DNA of 64,000 nt. Origin: Podarcis cretensis. Its lineage: Eukaryota. Each line of letters opens with the position of its first letter. The first letter of the stretch is position 1. The translations under genes were made by a program, and so were the position numbers. The stretch spans positions 50,716,001 to 50,780,000 of the forward strand of contig OX638150.1 in assembly GCA_951804945.1 (NCBI GenBank). Direction: 5' to 3'. Positions 11,814-25,700 of the stretch are shown here, one piece after another. The notes beneath the pieces are model-generated. The model did no database searches. It had not been told where the DNA came from and saw only the letters and a list, made by a program, of their open reading frames with translations.

Positions 11814-14139
11814 TTCTAGTAAAACAAAAATGAGGCAGATCCCAAAAACCTGCCCCCCCACCCCCAGTTAGACTACCAATACCAATAACAGCTCAAATTG
11901 CATCCTCTTGCACAAGACATATTTTGCCATGCAAGGCCCAAACAAATTATTAGGTGCGACTTTTGAAATGTTAATGAGCTAGCTCAGTCATTGTCAATGC
12001 TCCCAGCGAGTCTGGAAGTTGAACAATGGAAGACAGAACCATCCTTCCTGACCCCAGTAGGAAGCCTGCATCTACTGAGGTTTCCCTCAACTCCTTTAAA
12101 CATAGAGAAACAACTAAAGAGATGCCTGAGAAAATATTGATTATAATGTGCAAGTTTTTTGCACACATCACCATAAGCAGCAGGGCACAATTTGTATCAA
12201 CAGTTTTCCCCTGGGAGATTCCTTCCACATACTGGGTGGCTCACCTAGAGATTTGCATTTGGAAAGCACAATACTAGGTTGGAATTGTAAGAAGCATGTG
12301 CATACATATGCTATATCATAAGATTCATCACCATCAGATATTTAAAACCTTCTAACAGCTTGCAGAACTATAACAAATGTTGCTCAAAGGCATCATTTGG
12401 GTTCTAAGAAAATCCCTGGAAAAAAAATTCAGGGGGTTTATCTTTCACATGCTACGGGAAGGGCCAAATAAAGGGACAACTTCCTGTCTATGCGCTCTTG
12501 TGCAATACCATCATTACAGCAATGAAAACTGCTAGGAACTGGCTCCCTGAAGCAACAAATGGGAAAACCCCAAGCCAGAAACTGGCTTGCAGTTTGCTCC
12601 ATGTCCTCACATGCAACAAACACGTTGGGCGAAAGGGTGTGGGAGATTGATGTGTTAAGGCAGCAAAAGGAGATGTTCTTTGAGCTTACCACATGCAAAT
12701 ACTTATAACTGGAAAACTGCTAGTCCTATTCTGACTACCTGCACAGATCTGTTACTGTCCCTTGGTCCCACTACCAGCTTAAGCTCTTGCCAGTAAACTG
12801 CTACATTGATATCCATGGCTCCCAATTTATTTGTTCTCTCTAGCCCCTGGTCTGCCAATGCATCAACACTGCTATTGTAACCTAACCCACCACCGCACTG
12901 CAAGCTCCCACAGAACCAATTTCATCAGATGCATGAAGTGCTCAACAATGTGGGTAGGATACCATAATCATACCTAGACAGCAGGTAAAAGAAGGGGGGG
13001 GGGAATTGTGTAAGCTGTTCCAGAAGGGCAGCTATGAAAATGTCTTGCAACAAGACAACAGAATCTTGCAGCATCTTTAAAGGCCAATGAATTTATTCTG
13101 ACATCCAGCTTTTGTGCTTCAGAGCCCACTCCAAGTGTGGCAGAAGCTAGAATCCAACAAGCACCTGGCCTGCAAAGAAGATGGTTCGCCATCCCTGGAC
13201 TAGAGGAAATACTGTTATGTGGCATCATCCATTCAGGTGATGACATCTTGCATCTGATGAAGTGGGTGCTCACACACACACACACACACACAAGTTTATG
13301 CCACAGTAAAGTCACTAGTTCTTGAGGTGCCACACATGACTCTTTGTTGTGTTTGCAGAAACAAACCAAACCTCTGAAGTTTCATCTGTTCTACAGTCTC
13401 TCCTATAGACTAAAGCAATCTACTCGGCATGCAAGAATAGGCTTTTCAGTGCTCTGAGAATTGCTCCAGCAACTGGGTATGTAATAGTGGAGATAAAGAA
13501 TGCTATTGTCTTCACCCGCTGCATAGACATGAGCATCAACACTTCCTTCTCAACTGAAGCTGGAAATACAGAGTAGTTACCTTAAACCTGCTATGTTCTG
13601 ATCGTGATTTAATGGGAGCGGACCTTTCACAGTAGACTTTGCAATGAGCAAATATCTTCCACGCGGAGGCCAGGCCTTTGGAACCTGGGTTGTTAGCTCT
13701 GGTCTATGCCCACGAATCTCTCATGAAGCTGTGCCAGCTCTTGAGGCCCTTTGCCTCAAAGGTACGGATTAAGTAGTATAGTGAGTTTCACAACTACCAC
13801 AGGGCTCTGCTGTTTTTCTAAGCTCAAGGGAAACTACCCAGTTTATAAATCAAGGAAGACTGCAAGAATGGGCCACCAGTGTTGAACAATGCCAGCATTA
13901 TGGAATACCAAGACAAATCTGCTTAACAACAATAGTTCTAAAATGGAGGTTGTGGGCTGGGTAAGCTCTTAGTTCAGCAGGTTGGAGTAGGAGGGGGTAC
14001 GATAGTTCTCTGAAGGTTTTGTGTAATAGTAAGGCCTGAGTCTTGAACCCTTCAAAACAGAGTTCTTCTCACTTAAGAAGCAGAAGCTGAATTTAGAAGC
14101 CCTCAGAGGGTCTTCTGCAGACCCTGTGAAAGTGATATA

Positions 14140-14365
14140 GTGTCTAACTAACTTGCTCTGTCACTGCAAAGATTTCTGCACAATCATTAAAACTTCCCCC
14201 CTTCTCCTTGCCCTGCACACACCCCGTGCCCTCCCCAAATCTGCTCCAGAGAGTTGGGGAAATCCCCAGAACAGATTTAGGGGACATGTACAGGGGGAGC
14301 AGATTGGGGGGATTTCCACTGCACAAGTTGAAATCCTTGCAGTGACGGAATGAGTTAGTTGTATA
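14140..14365. repeat. Palindromic MITE-like repeat (related degraded copies at about 14590-14780 and 56680-56900)
   Basis: gtcactgcaaagatttc pairs with gaaatccttgcagtgac, the inner ccccaaatctgctc pairs with gaacagatttagggg, and the outer ctaactaac resembles gttagtt. Confidence 0.65.
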
Positions 14366-15733
14366 CTGCCCCTTGTTCTTAAGTGTTTTGCTTCAAAAAC
14401 AATAGTTACGTAAATCACACAACAGTTCTGATGACAAAAAAGCTGGTAGAAGCCTCTAACTGTGGATTTCTTGGGATAGTTGGTCTGGAAACAGTTTTAA
14501 TACTTGAGGCACGTATTCATGGTCAGCTAACATGCATTAGTGATCATTCTAATACCTTTCAATTGGTCTATGGCACTTACAATCTTGGGGTGGAATTCAA
14601 CATCATGCTCTTCCAATCATTCCACTTGCACAAAAATTTCAGTTTCCCAGAAGGAACAACCTCCCCTCTCCTCACTCCATGTGCTGCTCAGGGGGTTCTC
14701 CCAACACCCCCCTGAGTCAATCTGGGGGGCACAGATGGGGGTGGAAGACATGTTGCACAAGTGGAAATCCTTACACAGGGTTTCTATTTATGGGACTTGG
14801 CTAGGTGAATTCCATCCCATCCCTGGTTACTGAGGAGTTGTAAAAAATGGTGGATTTTCCATTGGGGGTTCTAATCTGCATGAGAGATTATGATCTTAAG
14901 TCCTGGGGTGGTAGTTTTTCTGATTAAATAGTAGGGGATATAAAAAAGGTGATTTGGTATATGTTGTACTGGGAAAACTGAACCAGAACTCAAAATACAA
15001 AAGTGAGTTCGCTTAGAGAAGGACCCCTCTCTCCCCAGCTACAGTCTTTGGTCACTGGCACATGTTTAATTTGTCCAGCTGGCCATTTGGAACCAGTAAA
15101 AGGTCTTTAACAAGCTCCTGTGAACAGTGAGAAGCATAGACAGGAATGTCAACTCAGGACAAAAAACTCCTCCTGTGTAATTCATTCCATCTCTGAAATA
15201 GTCTAACTTAGTGGCACCTCCAAGCTAGATGTGTAAAGTTATGGCAGACTGGGGGGGGGAGGGGGGGAGGGGGGAGAGAAGGAAAAGGTGTAAGAGATAA
15301 TTGCTCATCTCTTAGAGATATGCACATCAACCCAGCCAAGGTGTTAAGCACACAGCTTCAGATTTCCTTGCTGGATCAAGAACTTCACAAACAGAATGAA
15401 TCCAGATACACATCTGTACTGCAATGCTTATAAGATGTAAGAAATCCATTATGGGTTTCCCATTTGTATTACAGTGCAGGTGGAAGCATGTCTTTCCATC
15501 TGTACTTCAATGTGGATGGGAATGTACATCTCCAGCTACTTTCTCAGTGAATGTGTACATGATTGCACAGGAGTGCATCTTAACTAGGGATATGGTCTGT
15601 ATTGTGGTTTCTAACTCTGAGTTTTCCATCAGCGAAATTAATGATTTCCCAGGCATGGTACAAGAAAAAGGGATGTTCAGAGTATTGTGAGAAGTTTCCT
15701 CTTATTATATATCAGGCAATAAACCAACCCTAG

Positions 15734-16076
15734 GTGGGTGGCGCTGTGGTGTAAACCACAGAGCCTAGGGCTTGCCGATGAGAAGGTCGGCGGTTCGAAT
15801 CCCCGTGACGGGATGAGCTCCCGTTGTTCGGTCCCAGCTCCTGCCCACCTAGCAGTTCGAAAGCACATCAAAGTGCAAGTAAATAGGTGGCAGGAAGGTA
15901 AACGGCGTTTCCGTGTATAGCTTTGGTTCGCCAGAAGCAGCTTAGTCATACTGGCCACATGACCCAGAAGCTGTCTGTGGACAAAGCCGGCTCCCTTGGC
16001 TTATAGCGTGAGATGAGCACACAACTCCAGAGTCGTCCGCAACTGGACCTAACAGTCAGGGGTACCTTTACCTTTA
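15734..16076 (+). mobile_element. Sauria SINE (Squam1-type), older subfamily
   Basis: tRNA-like head with A box (tggcgctgtggt) and B box (ggttcgaatcc), the characteristic body ctagcagttcgaaagca, and a ggtacctttaccttt tail. Confidence 0.93.
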
Positions 16077-18021
16077 GGCACACAGGGGTCTCCACTAAGT
16101 TTCTTGTGCTCCATTTGTCATCCACCACTGCCAAAGAGAGCAGAGTCTTTTGCACCAAATTCATATGTACAGCAGTTTGCATCTTCCTCCAAAGCAACTT
16201 CAGAACCCTGATCAAAACTTGGCTGACCTCTTCCTTCCCCTCTGGAGTATTGGGTTAAAACAGGCTAAAACAGGGAACACTGCTGAGAATCAGCAGCTGC
16301 CTCTGCGCATTTCAGCTGCAAAACTCTGGGTGGGAAGAGGCTTTGCTGAATGTTTAGAGCAAACACTTCTTTGCTCTTGGCATGGAATCCTATTGAGACA
16401 GGGCCAAGGAGGATGGGAACTCCAGGCAAACTGCCTCGTAGTGCCAACACTTCCAGCACATTGGTTCAGTTTAGGACACCTGCTACACCACAGGCCAGAG
16501 GGAGGCTGCATTCTAATTGGCTGGTTGTGCATAGCGTTGCTACTATCCCATGGTGACATCTTTGCTCTGAATGCTCTCACCTCGTGACTTCTGACGCCAG
16601 TCAACTGGTGTGCCAGAGATACACATAGACAACTCCTCTTCCTCTGACCTCATGGAACAAATGAAAAGGAGAACTGAGAGCGGGGAAGAAGAAGCAGCAA
16701 GAATGAAGTAAAGGACAACCTATTGGGGGGCATGCAAAGAAATACCTGAAAGCACAAAACAACCCAGCAATATTTTTCCTACTGATCTGTTGAGAGAGAT
16801 TTAAGAGCTTAACTCTCTCACTGAACTCAGTGGGACTTAAAAGCCACTTTATGATGGCTGGATCACTCCCGTAATTGTGCAACAATCAAGCTTCAACAAT
16901 TCTGGAAATCATCAAACAGGTCCTGGTTACTGTTTATGTTTTTAAGAACACATTTTTTAAGGTATTAAATGAATGAGCAGTGAAACCATCAGCAAAATCT
17001 GCTTTCTTGGGCATATGGGTGGATTTCCCCATTACAATATGTGACAGAAAAGCACAGGTGTGTTTGTGAGAGAGAGACAGAGAGTGAGTGAGCGAGCATG
17101 TGTATTATGCTTCTACTTTCTGCCATGTGTTGTCTTTGCTGGAAATGGAACTCACACAAAGCTTGCTACACTTTACCGGGTAGAGATGCACAAGCTCCAG
17201 ATTCCCACAAGAGAGAAGCAGCAGCGCCAATCAGTCAGGTATCTGCTTTTATGTCATATAGCATATTGTGTGAAAAAAAGTTTAACATTCCACACGGATT
17301 AAAAAAGGAAGGATAAAAGTTAAAATAATCACAGTGCAAAACAGGAAGCCTACATTTCCTAGTGGAAGGGTGCTTATGGGAAAGAACTGCTTCAGAGATG
17401 ATGCAAAGAGAACACAGGCCCCTGGGGAGCTTGAGCTTCCTAATTATTTGTTTTGATTTTACATCACATATCTGCAAAAGATTAGTTCTTGTATTAATTC
17501 ATTGTAGTAATAATTACAGGCCTCGGTCTGCATGCATCAAAATAAGTGAGTCGCTCACCGACTACATCCATCCACAGCTGCTAGCTATGTTTTCTGGGGG
17601 GGGAAACTCCTTTGCCTTTAACACCTGCATGACAAGTGCAAATTCAGCATGCAAAGCTGCACAGAAATACAATAAGGGGGGGGGGGATCTTCACCTGTCT
17701 GGCTTCTGCGAGCACACTTCATTTACCAACTACATAGCCTTAAGAAAGTTGATGATGAAATGTAGTTTTTCATCTACCAGCACCAATAAGTGAGGTGCCC
17801 GGGACCTTTAAAATAACGCAGGACTACTATACTGCTGGCCCATCCCTTCAGTAAATATGGCTCTATCAACAGTCCTCATCTCCAAAGGAATACCTGCTTT
17901 TATAACACTCCTGAATTCTTGAGGCATTTTACACCCAGGAAGCAATAACAGAGCATAACCCTGAAAAGAAAGCTCACTCGCCCAGTATGCATGTCACTGC
18001 AAGCCACAGTTAATGGTTTAC

Positions 18022-18312
18022 CATAGGGGTGGGGAACCTCAGGCCTGGGGGCTAAATGAAGCCCTCCAGGCATCTCCATCTATCCCTTCCAACTCTCTCC
18101 AGTCCCCCCCAAGTGTTTCTTTCTGGCTGGAATGTGTCCTTGAACTCTGGCAATGCCTCTTGCTTTTCTAGGCAGAGAACAGAGGGGTGTGTAGAAATGA
18201 GTATACTGTAAAAGGTAAAATGTTCACTCATTGCTCTGCCTGCTTTTGCTCTGGCCCCACTGACCCCTGGCACACGGCCCCCAGAAGATTACCCAGAAGG
18301 ATACGTGCCCCT
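18022..18312 (+). mobile_element. Degraded hAT MITE
   Basis: Begins cataggggtggggaacctcaggcctgggggc, a hAT-like terminus similar to family A. The right end is degraded. Confidence 0.5.
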
Positions 18313-18914
18313 TTGGCTAAAAGCATGAATGCAGAGATCACTCATTTCATTCCTCTCCTAGTGAGAGCGGCAAATCATGACCCTTGGCTTACTGCTATAT
18401 CTGAACTGGGGATCATGGTTGGTTTCACTCAAACTACAATGAGGAAGCCAAGAACAAACCTTGGCTTCATATCGTAGCTTATCTGGAGTGACGCAAACTG
18501 CAATACCCAGGTTGGATGTAGCGTCAAGTCAGGAATCGTGGTTTGTAGCTCCTGCTCCTGCTGAAGGAGCAGTGAAGCTCTCTCACCTTCTTAATTTGCT
18601 GGGTCATTGCCATATGCCAAGAAGGGGAGAGGAAAGGTAGCGGGAGCTTGGCATGGCGCAGGCACAACATGGATGTGGCATCAACTTGGCTCCACAGCAC
18701 ACCGAGTTCCCACTGCCTTCCCTCTGTCTCAGTAAGTGGCAGTGACCTGGCACATTCAGAAGGTGGGAGAACAGCGCAGCCCCACTGGTTGCTAATGGCT
18801 TATGGTAAACCATTAACTCTGGTTTGTTGTGATGTGCAGATTCAGTCAGTGTGCCTGAATTCACCACAAGGCAGCCCTGAACTCCCCACCGGCTTGCACT
18901 CTGGTGTTTTCATA

Positions 18915-19053
18915 GAAGCATAGAATCATGCTTCTATGGAAGGAATCCTAAGGATCATGTAGTCCAACTCCCTGCCATGCAGGAATATGCAGCTGCCCCA
19001 TACAGGGATTGAACCTGCAACCTTGGCGGTATCAGCACCCACACTCTTAACCA
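18915..19053 (-). mobile_element. tRNA(Ile-like)-headed SINE with CR1-type 3' tail
   Basis: The minus strand reads ctggttaagagtgtgggtgctgataccgccaaggttgcaggttcaatccc (tRNA-like, B box), then gggagttggactacatgatcc...gattctatg (CR1-type 3' end). Confidence 0.65.
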
Positions 19054-20875
19054 GCAGCGTTTGCTTGTTCCCTTTCTTTGTAATGCAATGAAGTGGGTGG
19101 TATTATTTAAAAGACTGGTCTTCAAAATATTAATCACTTAGAACATTTTAATCAACCACTTGCTTTAGTGAAAGCAGTGGAAAGGCATAGAAACGAAAGA
19201 ATTATTTCCACACTTCCATTTTTTTTAAAAAAATCTGCAGATGGGTGAATGCTAATCACCTTAGGTTATCATCAGTCATATTAGGTACCTTGGTATGCAT
19301 GTGACAAAATGGGTAATTAATTCTGTACAGGAAATAAAGCCAAAGGAGTTAAGGAGAGGAAAACAGAGGAATACTAACCCAGAATAAAAGATACTCATGA
19401 AATCAGCACAAAACTGAATATAGGGGGGGGGCATCCCTGTAGCTGGACACATGGCCAGCACTTCTTACAAACCCTGAGCACCAGAAGGGGAATACAGGGT
19501 TAGACACTGGGATTGGGGAGGGGACCTTTTACCTCTTACAGTTGGTAGCAGACCACTGAGCTTTGAAAGCATCATATATGCCAGCCAACATTGGCAGGGA
19601 GACAATCGGCTAAAATAAGTGCTGGCAAGAGGAGTCCCTGGATCTTCAGCAACTCAGGATTCTGAAAGCACAGGGAAGGAGAGGAGGGCAGAGGAACAAC
19701 CTTTTGGCTCTCATGAATGACAATGAAAATATGTGGTGCTGCCAGCACCACCTCAGCTGCCCCATCTCCATAGGGAAGGATCTCATTGTGATGTGTGCAG
19801 GATCTTGCTCCCGACTGCAACAAATACTCCAGAGGCCCTCCCTTTTCCAAGCAGCAGCAGCAGAAACACACAATATTCACCCGACTCTGAAGGCTGGTTT
19901 GGAAGAAGGCTCCCAAGTATAAATAATACTTTGTGGAGCTGGCAAATTCAGACTACAGTGGAAACCAGGCTGTAATCAGCAGAACAGCTGTGGATCCTTC
20001 ACATCTCGTCTGGCACCTTCCCTCCTTCCTCACAGCAAAGAAACAGCCACGCATGCTCCAAAAACTCTCCCACGGTTGCAAATAAACATCCTGGGACACT
20101 CAGGGATCCAGATGTCTTGAGAGGGAAGGCGGCAGTGCAGGGCCTGGGGAGAGCAAACGGAGCAGGTGGGAAGCGTGTGTTTGTTTACTTGTATGCAAAA
20201 GCACCACACTCCCACTGCGATTCTGCAGTTATAACCATCCTGTGACCTGATCCACACTAACGACTGACCTCTGCAGAGTCACTCATTTGATGCTAATTAT
20301 TCTATGGGTAAACAGGCAGCGATTCCAAGTATGGCGCAGGGGGTTTGGGCACACATTCTCCCGCCCTGAAAACAAACGCCCAAGAACTCAACAAATGTGC
20401 ATCAAAAACCATTTCTCCCACATATTTGTGTTCACACTGGAGGGTGCAGTATGGGGTGTGATGGAATCTGGACCTCACCAAGACGGGTCTCAGTTCTGCC
20501 CGAAACGGAGCATGACCTTCTTTTATTTCAGATGTTGACATTTCAAGGCTGAAATATGAAGACAAGTTATTTTCCTCCTCAGCTGAAATGAAACCCCCTT
20601 AGAGACCCCGTTATACAGAACTGCTTGAGCTCAAATTGACCCCTTTGCAGTGACTTAAGCAGCCTTTTACCCTGGAGTTCATGCTGGTTTCACACTACTA
20701 ATTTGTTTCAGGCATAGGTCAACTCAGGGGGAGGAGGAGGTGCTCTGGAAAGGTTCTCTCTAGGCTACAGACTCCCTGCTGGGCAACACACTCCTGCACT
20801 GCTTGGGGCTCATATCGTGGCTCCATTAGGCAGCAACATGTCTACTTCCATGCCACTTGTAACCTGTTATCCAGG

Positions 20876-20878
<3 letters not shown>

Positions 20879-20917
<39 letters not shown>
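20879..20917. repeat. (AAT)n microsatellite
   Basis: Direct observation, about 13 units. Confidence 0.95.
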
Positions 20918-20918
<1 letters not shown>

Positions 20919-21344
20919 TTTTTAAAATCTCTCTTTCTTTTGAAAAGCAACAAAATATTTTTTTTTGGGGGGGGGGCAGGGAATCAACATTACATCATCT
21001 ATTTTAAAACAAAATGACCTGAGTCTGAATGAGATACAGTCTAACATGTTGAAGCCCACATTTGCAAGTTTCTCAAAACTGAAACATGACTATCAAACAA
21101 AATGAGTTAAAGGCCCAGATTACATCTCTCGTCTTCTGAGACATTATGAAAGATACAATAATGTTGAAATCCTAAACACCCTGACCTAGGGAGTAAGTTC
21201 CGATGCAATTTGGTTCTGAATAATAATGCAAAGAATTGCACAATAAGATTTGCATTGTGTTTATTGTTTGCGAGCTGGCCTCAGAGGTGCCAGGATCTGA
21301 ATGCCATCCTATCACCAGGATCATGGGAACCAGTTTGGCACAAT

Positions 21345-21490
21345 GGTTCAAATCCCCACCCAGCCATGGACTTATGCAGTAGGTGATCTTGGGTCAGTCT
21401 GCCTAACCTGCCTCACAGAGTTGTTGTGAGGATTATGCTGCCTTGGTCTCCTGAAGGGAAAGGTAGGATATAAATGCAACAGATAAAAAA
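21345..21490 (+). mobile_element. Old MIR/Ther1-derived CORE SINE fragment
   Basis: B box ggttcaaatccc, CORE-like ggtgatcttgggtcagtc and acctgcctcacagagttgttgtgaggatta, and an A-rich tail. Confidence 0.65.
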
Positions 21491-22063
21491 GAAATCATTA
21501 AGCCTAGATCGCTTACCTTATATGCCTAGCTTAAGCCCTCCAATTACCTGAGTTATGCAATGTGCTCAAGTTCTCAAATGATGCATGAATATTTATGACT
21601 CTATTAACCAAACAGCACAGACATCTACTTTCCATCTTATGGAGAAACTTCTTTTCTTTTTTCTCGGCCAATCCCTGGCACCTCCAGTTAAAAGGATCAG
21701 GCAGAAGATGTGAAGGGCCAATGCCACTCAGAGCAGGCCAGGTTAGGAAACCAGCCCTCCAAATGTGGTCGGCCTCCAGCTGCAATCAGCCCCAGCCAGT
21801 GCGTCAAATGGGATGATAGCAGCTGTAGTCCAGCAACATCTGCAAGGCCACACGCTTCCCACCCTTTCTTAGATAAGGAAATTGTCTGACTTGGTATCAG
21901 GCAGCTTCCTACATTCCTAAGGGCAGAAGAAATATGTGTGTTGGGGAAACATAACTGGAGTACATGGAGCAGTCAAGCAGTCTCTGAAGCCTTCTGCCTG
22001 AACATTTCCTCAAAGTTATGGTTGCATCTGCACTCTCTACCCAAACACAGCAAGACGAGAAAA

Positions 22064-22230
22064 GGAAGAAGAATAAGAAGAGTTTGGATTTGATATCCCA
22101 CCTTTCACTCCCTTTAAGGAGTCTCAAAGCGGCTAACATTCTCCTTTCCCTTCCTCCCCCACAACAAACACTCTGTGAGGTGAGTGGGGCTGAGAGACTT
22201 CAAAGAAGTGTGACTGGCCCAAGGTCACCC
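22064..22230 (-). mobile_element. 5'-truncated MIR/Ther1-derived SINE (Squam3-like) with (TTC)n tail
   Basis: The minus strand reads ggtgaccttgggccagtcac...ctcagccccactcacctcacagagtgtttgttgtg...gttagccgctttgagactcc...ggatatcaaatccaaactcttcttattcttc. Confidence 0.75.
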
Positions 22231-22537
22231 TTGGGAAGGAAAAGTTTGGAGGCATGATATCTTATTATTGACATAGAAAACCTAGCACTGATTCTACTGT
22301 CCAGGTTGTGCAGATTCTAGGATGCCAGCAACACAACAGATAACTGTGGATTGCAGTGCAGACCTTGAAGCTTGGAGGCACAATGGATGTGCAATGAATG
22401 GTAGCACAACATGAGCCACATAGATTGGTCACGTATCTCTGTCCAGATAAAATTATATGGTGTTGTACTTTTGGTCTCTCATAAGCATGGCCATTCCAAA
22501 CACAAGAAACACCCCTGGCCCTCCTTATTCTCAGGGA

Positions 22538-22780
22538 AAGGGGCCATAACTCGGTGGTAGAAGCCATAGGTTCATTTCTTGGCATCTCCAGGTACAGCTG
22601 GGAAAGACCTATGTCTGGAATGCTGAAAAGTGACTGCCGGTCAGTCTAGAGTAAATAATATTGTGATTATTGTGAGCCGCTTTGCGCTCAACAATTGCTG
22701 GAAAAGTGGTACACAAAACATCGTATCAAATCAAGTATCAAATAATACAGACTCAGTATAAGGCAGCTTCCTATATTCTT
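22538..22780 (+). mobile_element. tRNA(Ala)-headed SINE, degraded (family copies at about 8745-8865, 21655-21720 minus, 27040-27200, 58852-58990, 60358-60530)
   Basis: Copies share ggcc(g/a)tagctcagtggtagagcatctgctttgcatgcagaagg...ggcatctccagg (resembles tRNA-Ala TGC), then cctggagagc...ccagtcagt and gactcagtataaggcagcttcctat. Confidence 0.65.
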
Positions 22781-25700
22781 AGATTGCTTAACCGGCTACT
22801 TGATTTTCCAGTAACTGCTGGATTGTGCATAAAATTCTAAACACAGATTTGCCAAAGAAGAATACCTCAGCCCCTATTCCTAGTCTATGCTGATATCACA
22901 TGGACCATCGGGCCATTTCCCCAGTTTGTGACCCTATAAAAAGACGATCTCCTGGCCCAATCTCAGTTGTCCCAGTGCAAATTAGTTAATGGCTGTGAGC
23001 GGGGATTTGCTACTGTAAAAACACTTCCACTTTGTGAAGCTGAGACGCCAATGAAGCAGCCAGTTGGCATTCATCTTCAAGTGCTGGCAAAGGCAAGCTT
23101 ATATCAATAAAAAAGGAATCCTCTCTCTTCCTTTCTGGTCTCCATCCATACCCCAAGAGACCTGCAGAACTACACTATTGATAAACATTTGTCAGGGGCC
23201 ATTTCCTCTCCTACTTGATTTTATTTCTGTTTGAACTGGATGGGATAGCCTTAGATTCAGGCTCTGGAAAGAAGGAATGGGTGCCAGGGCACAGAGCAGT
23301 CAGGACAACCAAAGAAGGAAAGGAGCAGGACAGAGGAGATTATTGGGCTTCCTAAGGCAAGCAGCCCATACTGTAAAAGGAAAGGGAAACAAGACTGAAC
23401 GGCTCAGCTCTGGCTGTGTTAAAATGGCTGTGAATCTGCAAGCAGGGAATGAGAGACAGAAAGATAGAGGGGAGGGCAAAGGGAGACCAAACATTTTGGA
23501 CAGGTCCTGGGACAACCAGAGGGGCCATTTGTAAGGATGAATAAATAGTTACTATGACCACCCCTCATCCCAACCACTCTTTGAAGAGAACCTGTCAGTT
23601 CTAATTTACCTACAAAACAAGGAAGACTCAAGGAACAGTCCCAGACAACATTCAAAATCTCTGCATCATTCAACACTTGGAGCAGTCTCCAAGGAATCAT
23701 CACTGCCCACCTGACAGATTCAGACTGGGAGCAAGGCCCAGAGACATGCATGAAAAAGAGGAAACTGAGTATTCGTGCCATAGGATGCAAATGGGGTAGA
23801 ACTGAGGATACTTGATCCACCCAGTGCTCCAAAATGAGAGAGTTGGCAGGCTGAGGGATGGGAGGCAAAAGCCAACTACTCTTGCAAAATCAGTGCATAC
23901 ACTCAAATCAGCGCCACACTGACTTAACTTCAGATGTATATGGGATAAGCAAAAGCATAATCCTGCCTGCTTTTTCATTCACTGTTTTCAAATTCTCAGC
24001 AACTCTTATTGAGTGCCAAGATATCAGTCATGGGAGGAACAGCAACCAGTACAAGGAAGATTGTCTCCCTGTATGCAAATCTTTCACCTTTAGTCTGCAT
24101 TAACCTGCCTTTCAAATTCTGCAATGCTTTTTGAGTTCCTGCTTGATTCTACAGAGCTAAGAGCAGCAGGTTCGAGGTGAAAGTTCAGGAGTTTTGCATT
24201 GTTATGCACAGTGGTAATATTTTACTAGGTTGTAACACGGCAGCAAATGGCCTCACGTGATTAGCTTGTTCAGTGCCTGTCTGACCTTGTCCCTGCCCGC
24301 CCTCACTCATTCATATATACACACCCAAACTTCCAAACATTTCCAGTGAGAAGGAAATGGGAAAGGAGAGGAAACTGGTAGAACTACTTTTTACTAAGTC
24401 ATAGCTCCAGAGAGACTTCATTTTGTTCACTGCCTGCTCTGTCTGCCCTGCTATCATCAAGCAGAAGATAAATCTCCTACGGTTACGCTGGAAAAGATTT
24501 CTACAATACAACAAATGAGTGAGTTGCAAAAGCTCAAATTAAAATCTCAGCAATTCCACCTGCTCCTTGTATATTAAAGATCTGTGATATACATGACAAG
24601 GTACTATTCAAATTGCCAGTTTTTCCATAGAATACTTCCTGTGCCTTTTAGCAGCTGTATGACAGGCAGGAGCTACACAGGTGAAGGTTTTCTCACTGTT
24701 GTGCAGAAACTACCAGTTGGATATCTGCATGACATGCAACTGGTCAGGAAAAAACATAGCAATCTAGCGCCAAACAAGAACAATCCCTCAGACCCATTCA
24801 ACTTTTTTATTAGCCAGAGAAGGTGGCATCCCATCCAACATATAATTAGGTAGGGCCATGCTTCATTTAACATGAAGCCCATAATCTCTAGCTCAGTCTA
24901 ATATCCTGTCTTCCACTATGCTACAGCTGGCCAGTGGTCAGGCAAATCAACATCAGAGATAACAAGAATTCTAGTTTTGATGTCAAATCCAAGATCAGTT
25001 AGAGCTATGGGCTAAAATGGGGCATGTGGAACAAACAATAAACACAATCTTAACCAACAGATGTAAAGGAAGCTATACAATAATTGTCTTCCACTGCTAC
25101 CAATGGAAAGGTTGAGTACAAAGGGTTAAAATGCCACTGTGTAGACCTGGCTGAAAGGTGTGAAAATATTACCATCTTAACTAGTGGAAATGTTGCTAGG
25201 AAAATTATGAGATCTCAGGGCAAGTTTAAACGACAGAAAGAATGGAGGAGCATATGTCAGGAATGATTGCTATCCAGTAGGTCCTGTCACAATGCAATAG
25301 GGATGAGACATGTTGCCTGTTCCTGTGCAAGGTGACTCAGACAGAATTAAGTCCCACTAAGTTGAATGAGGCTGCTTCCTGAGTAAGTACAGACAGGATT
25401 GCAGCATGACCATGCAGTCTTTACCCACCAATAACAACACAAGCTTTCCACAGATTTAAATAGGGTTATGGTTACTGTGCTGGTGAGCTGATAGGCTATT
25501 TAGTTCTGTACATCCATCATTTCCAGCAAAAGCATATTTCATTTGCACCAAACCTGGTATGATGGCCAGATGCCATCAGGCAAAGCCTTGTTCCTGTGCC
25601 TCTTAATAGCACCCCCACATCCAGAAATGTTTGGCTGCTGAAATTTCCAGCACCTCCTAGACCATGGATGCGTGACCCTCCAGTTTTGTTGAACTTCAGC

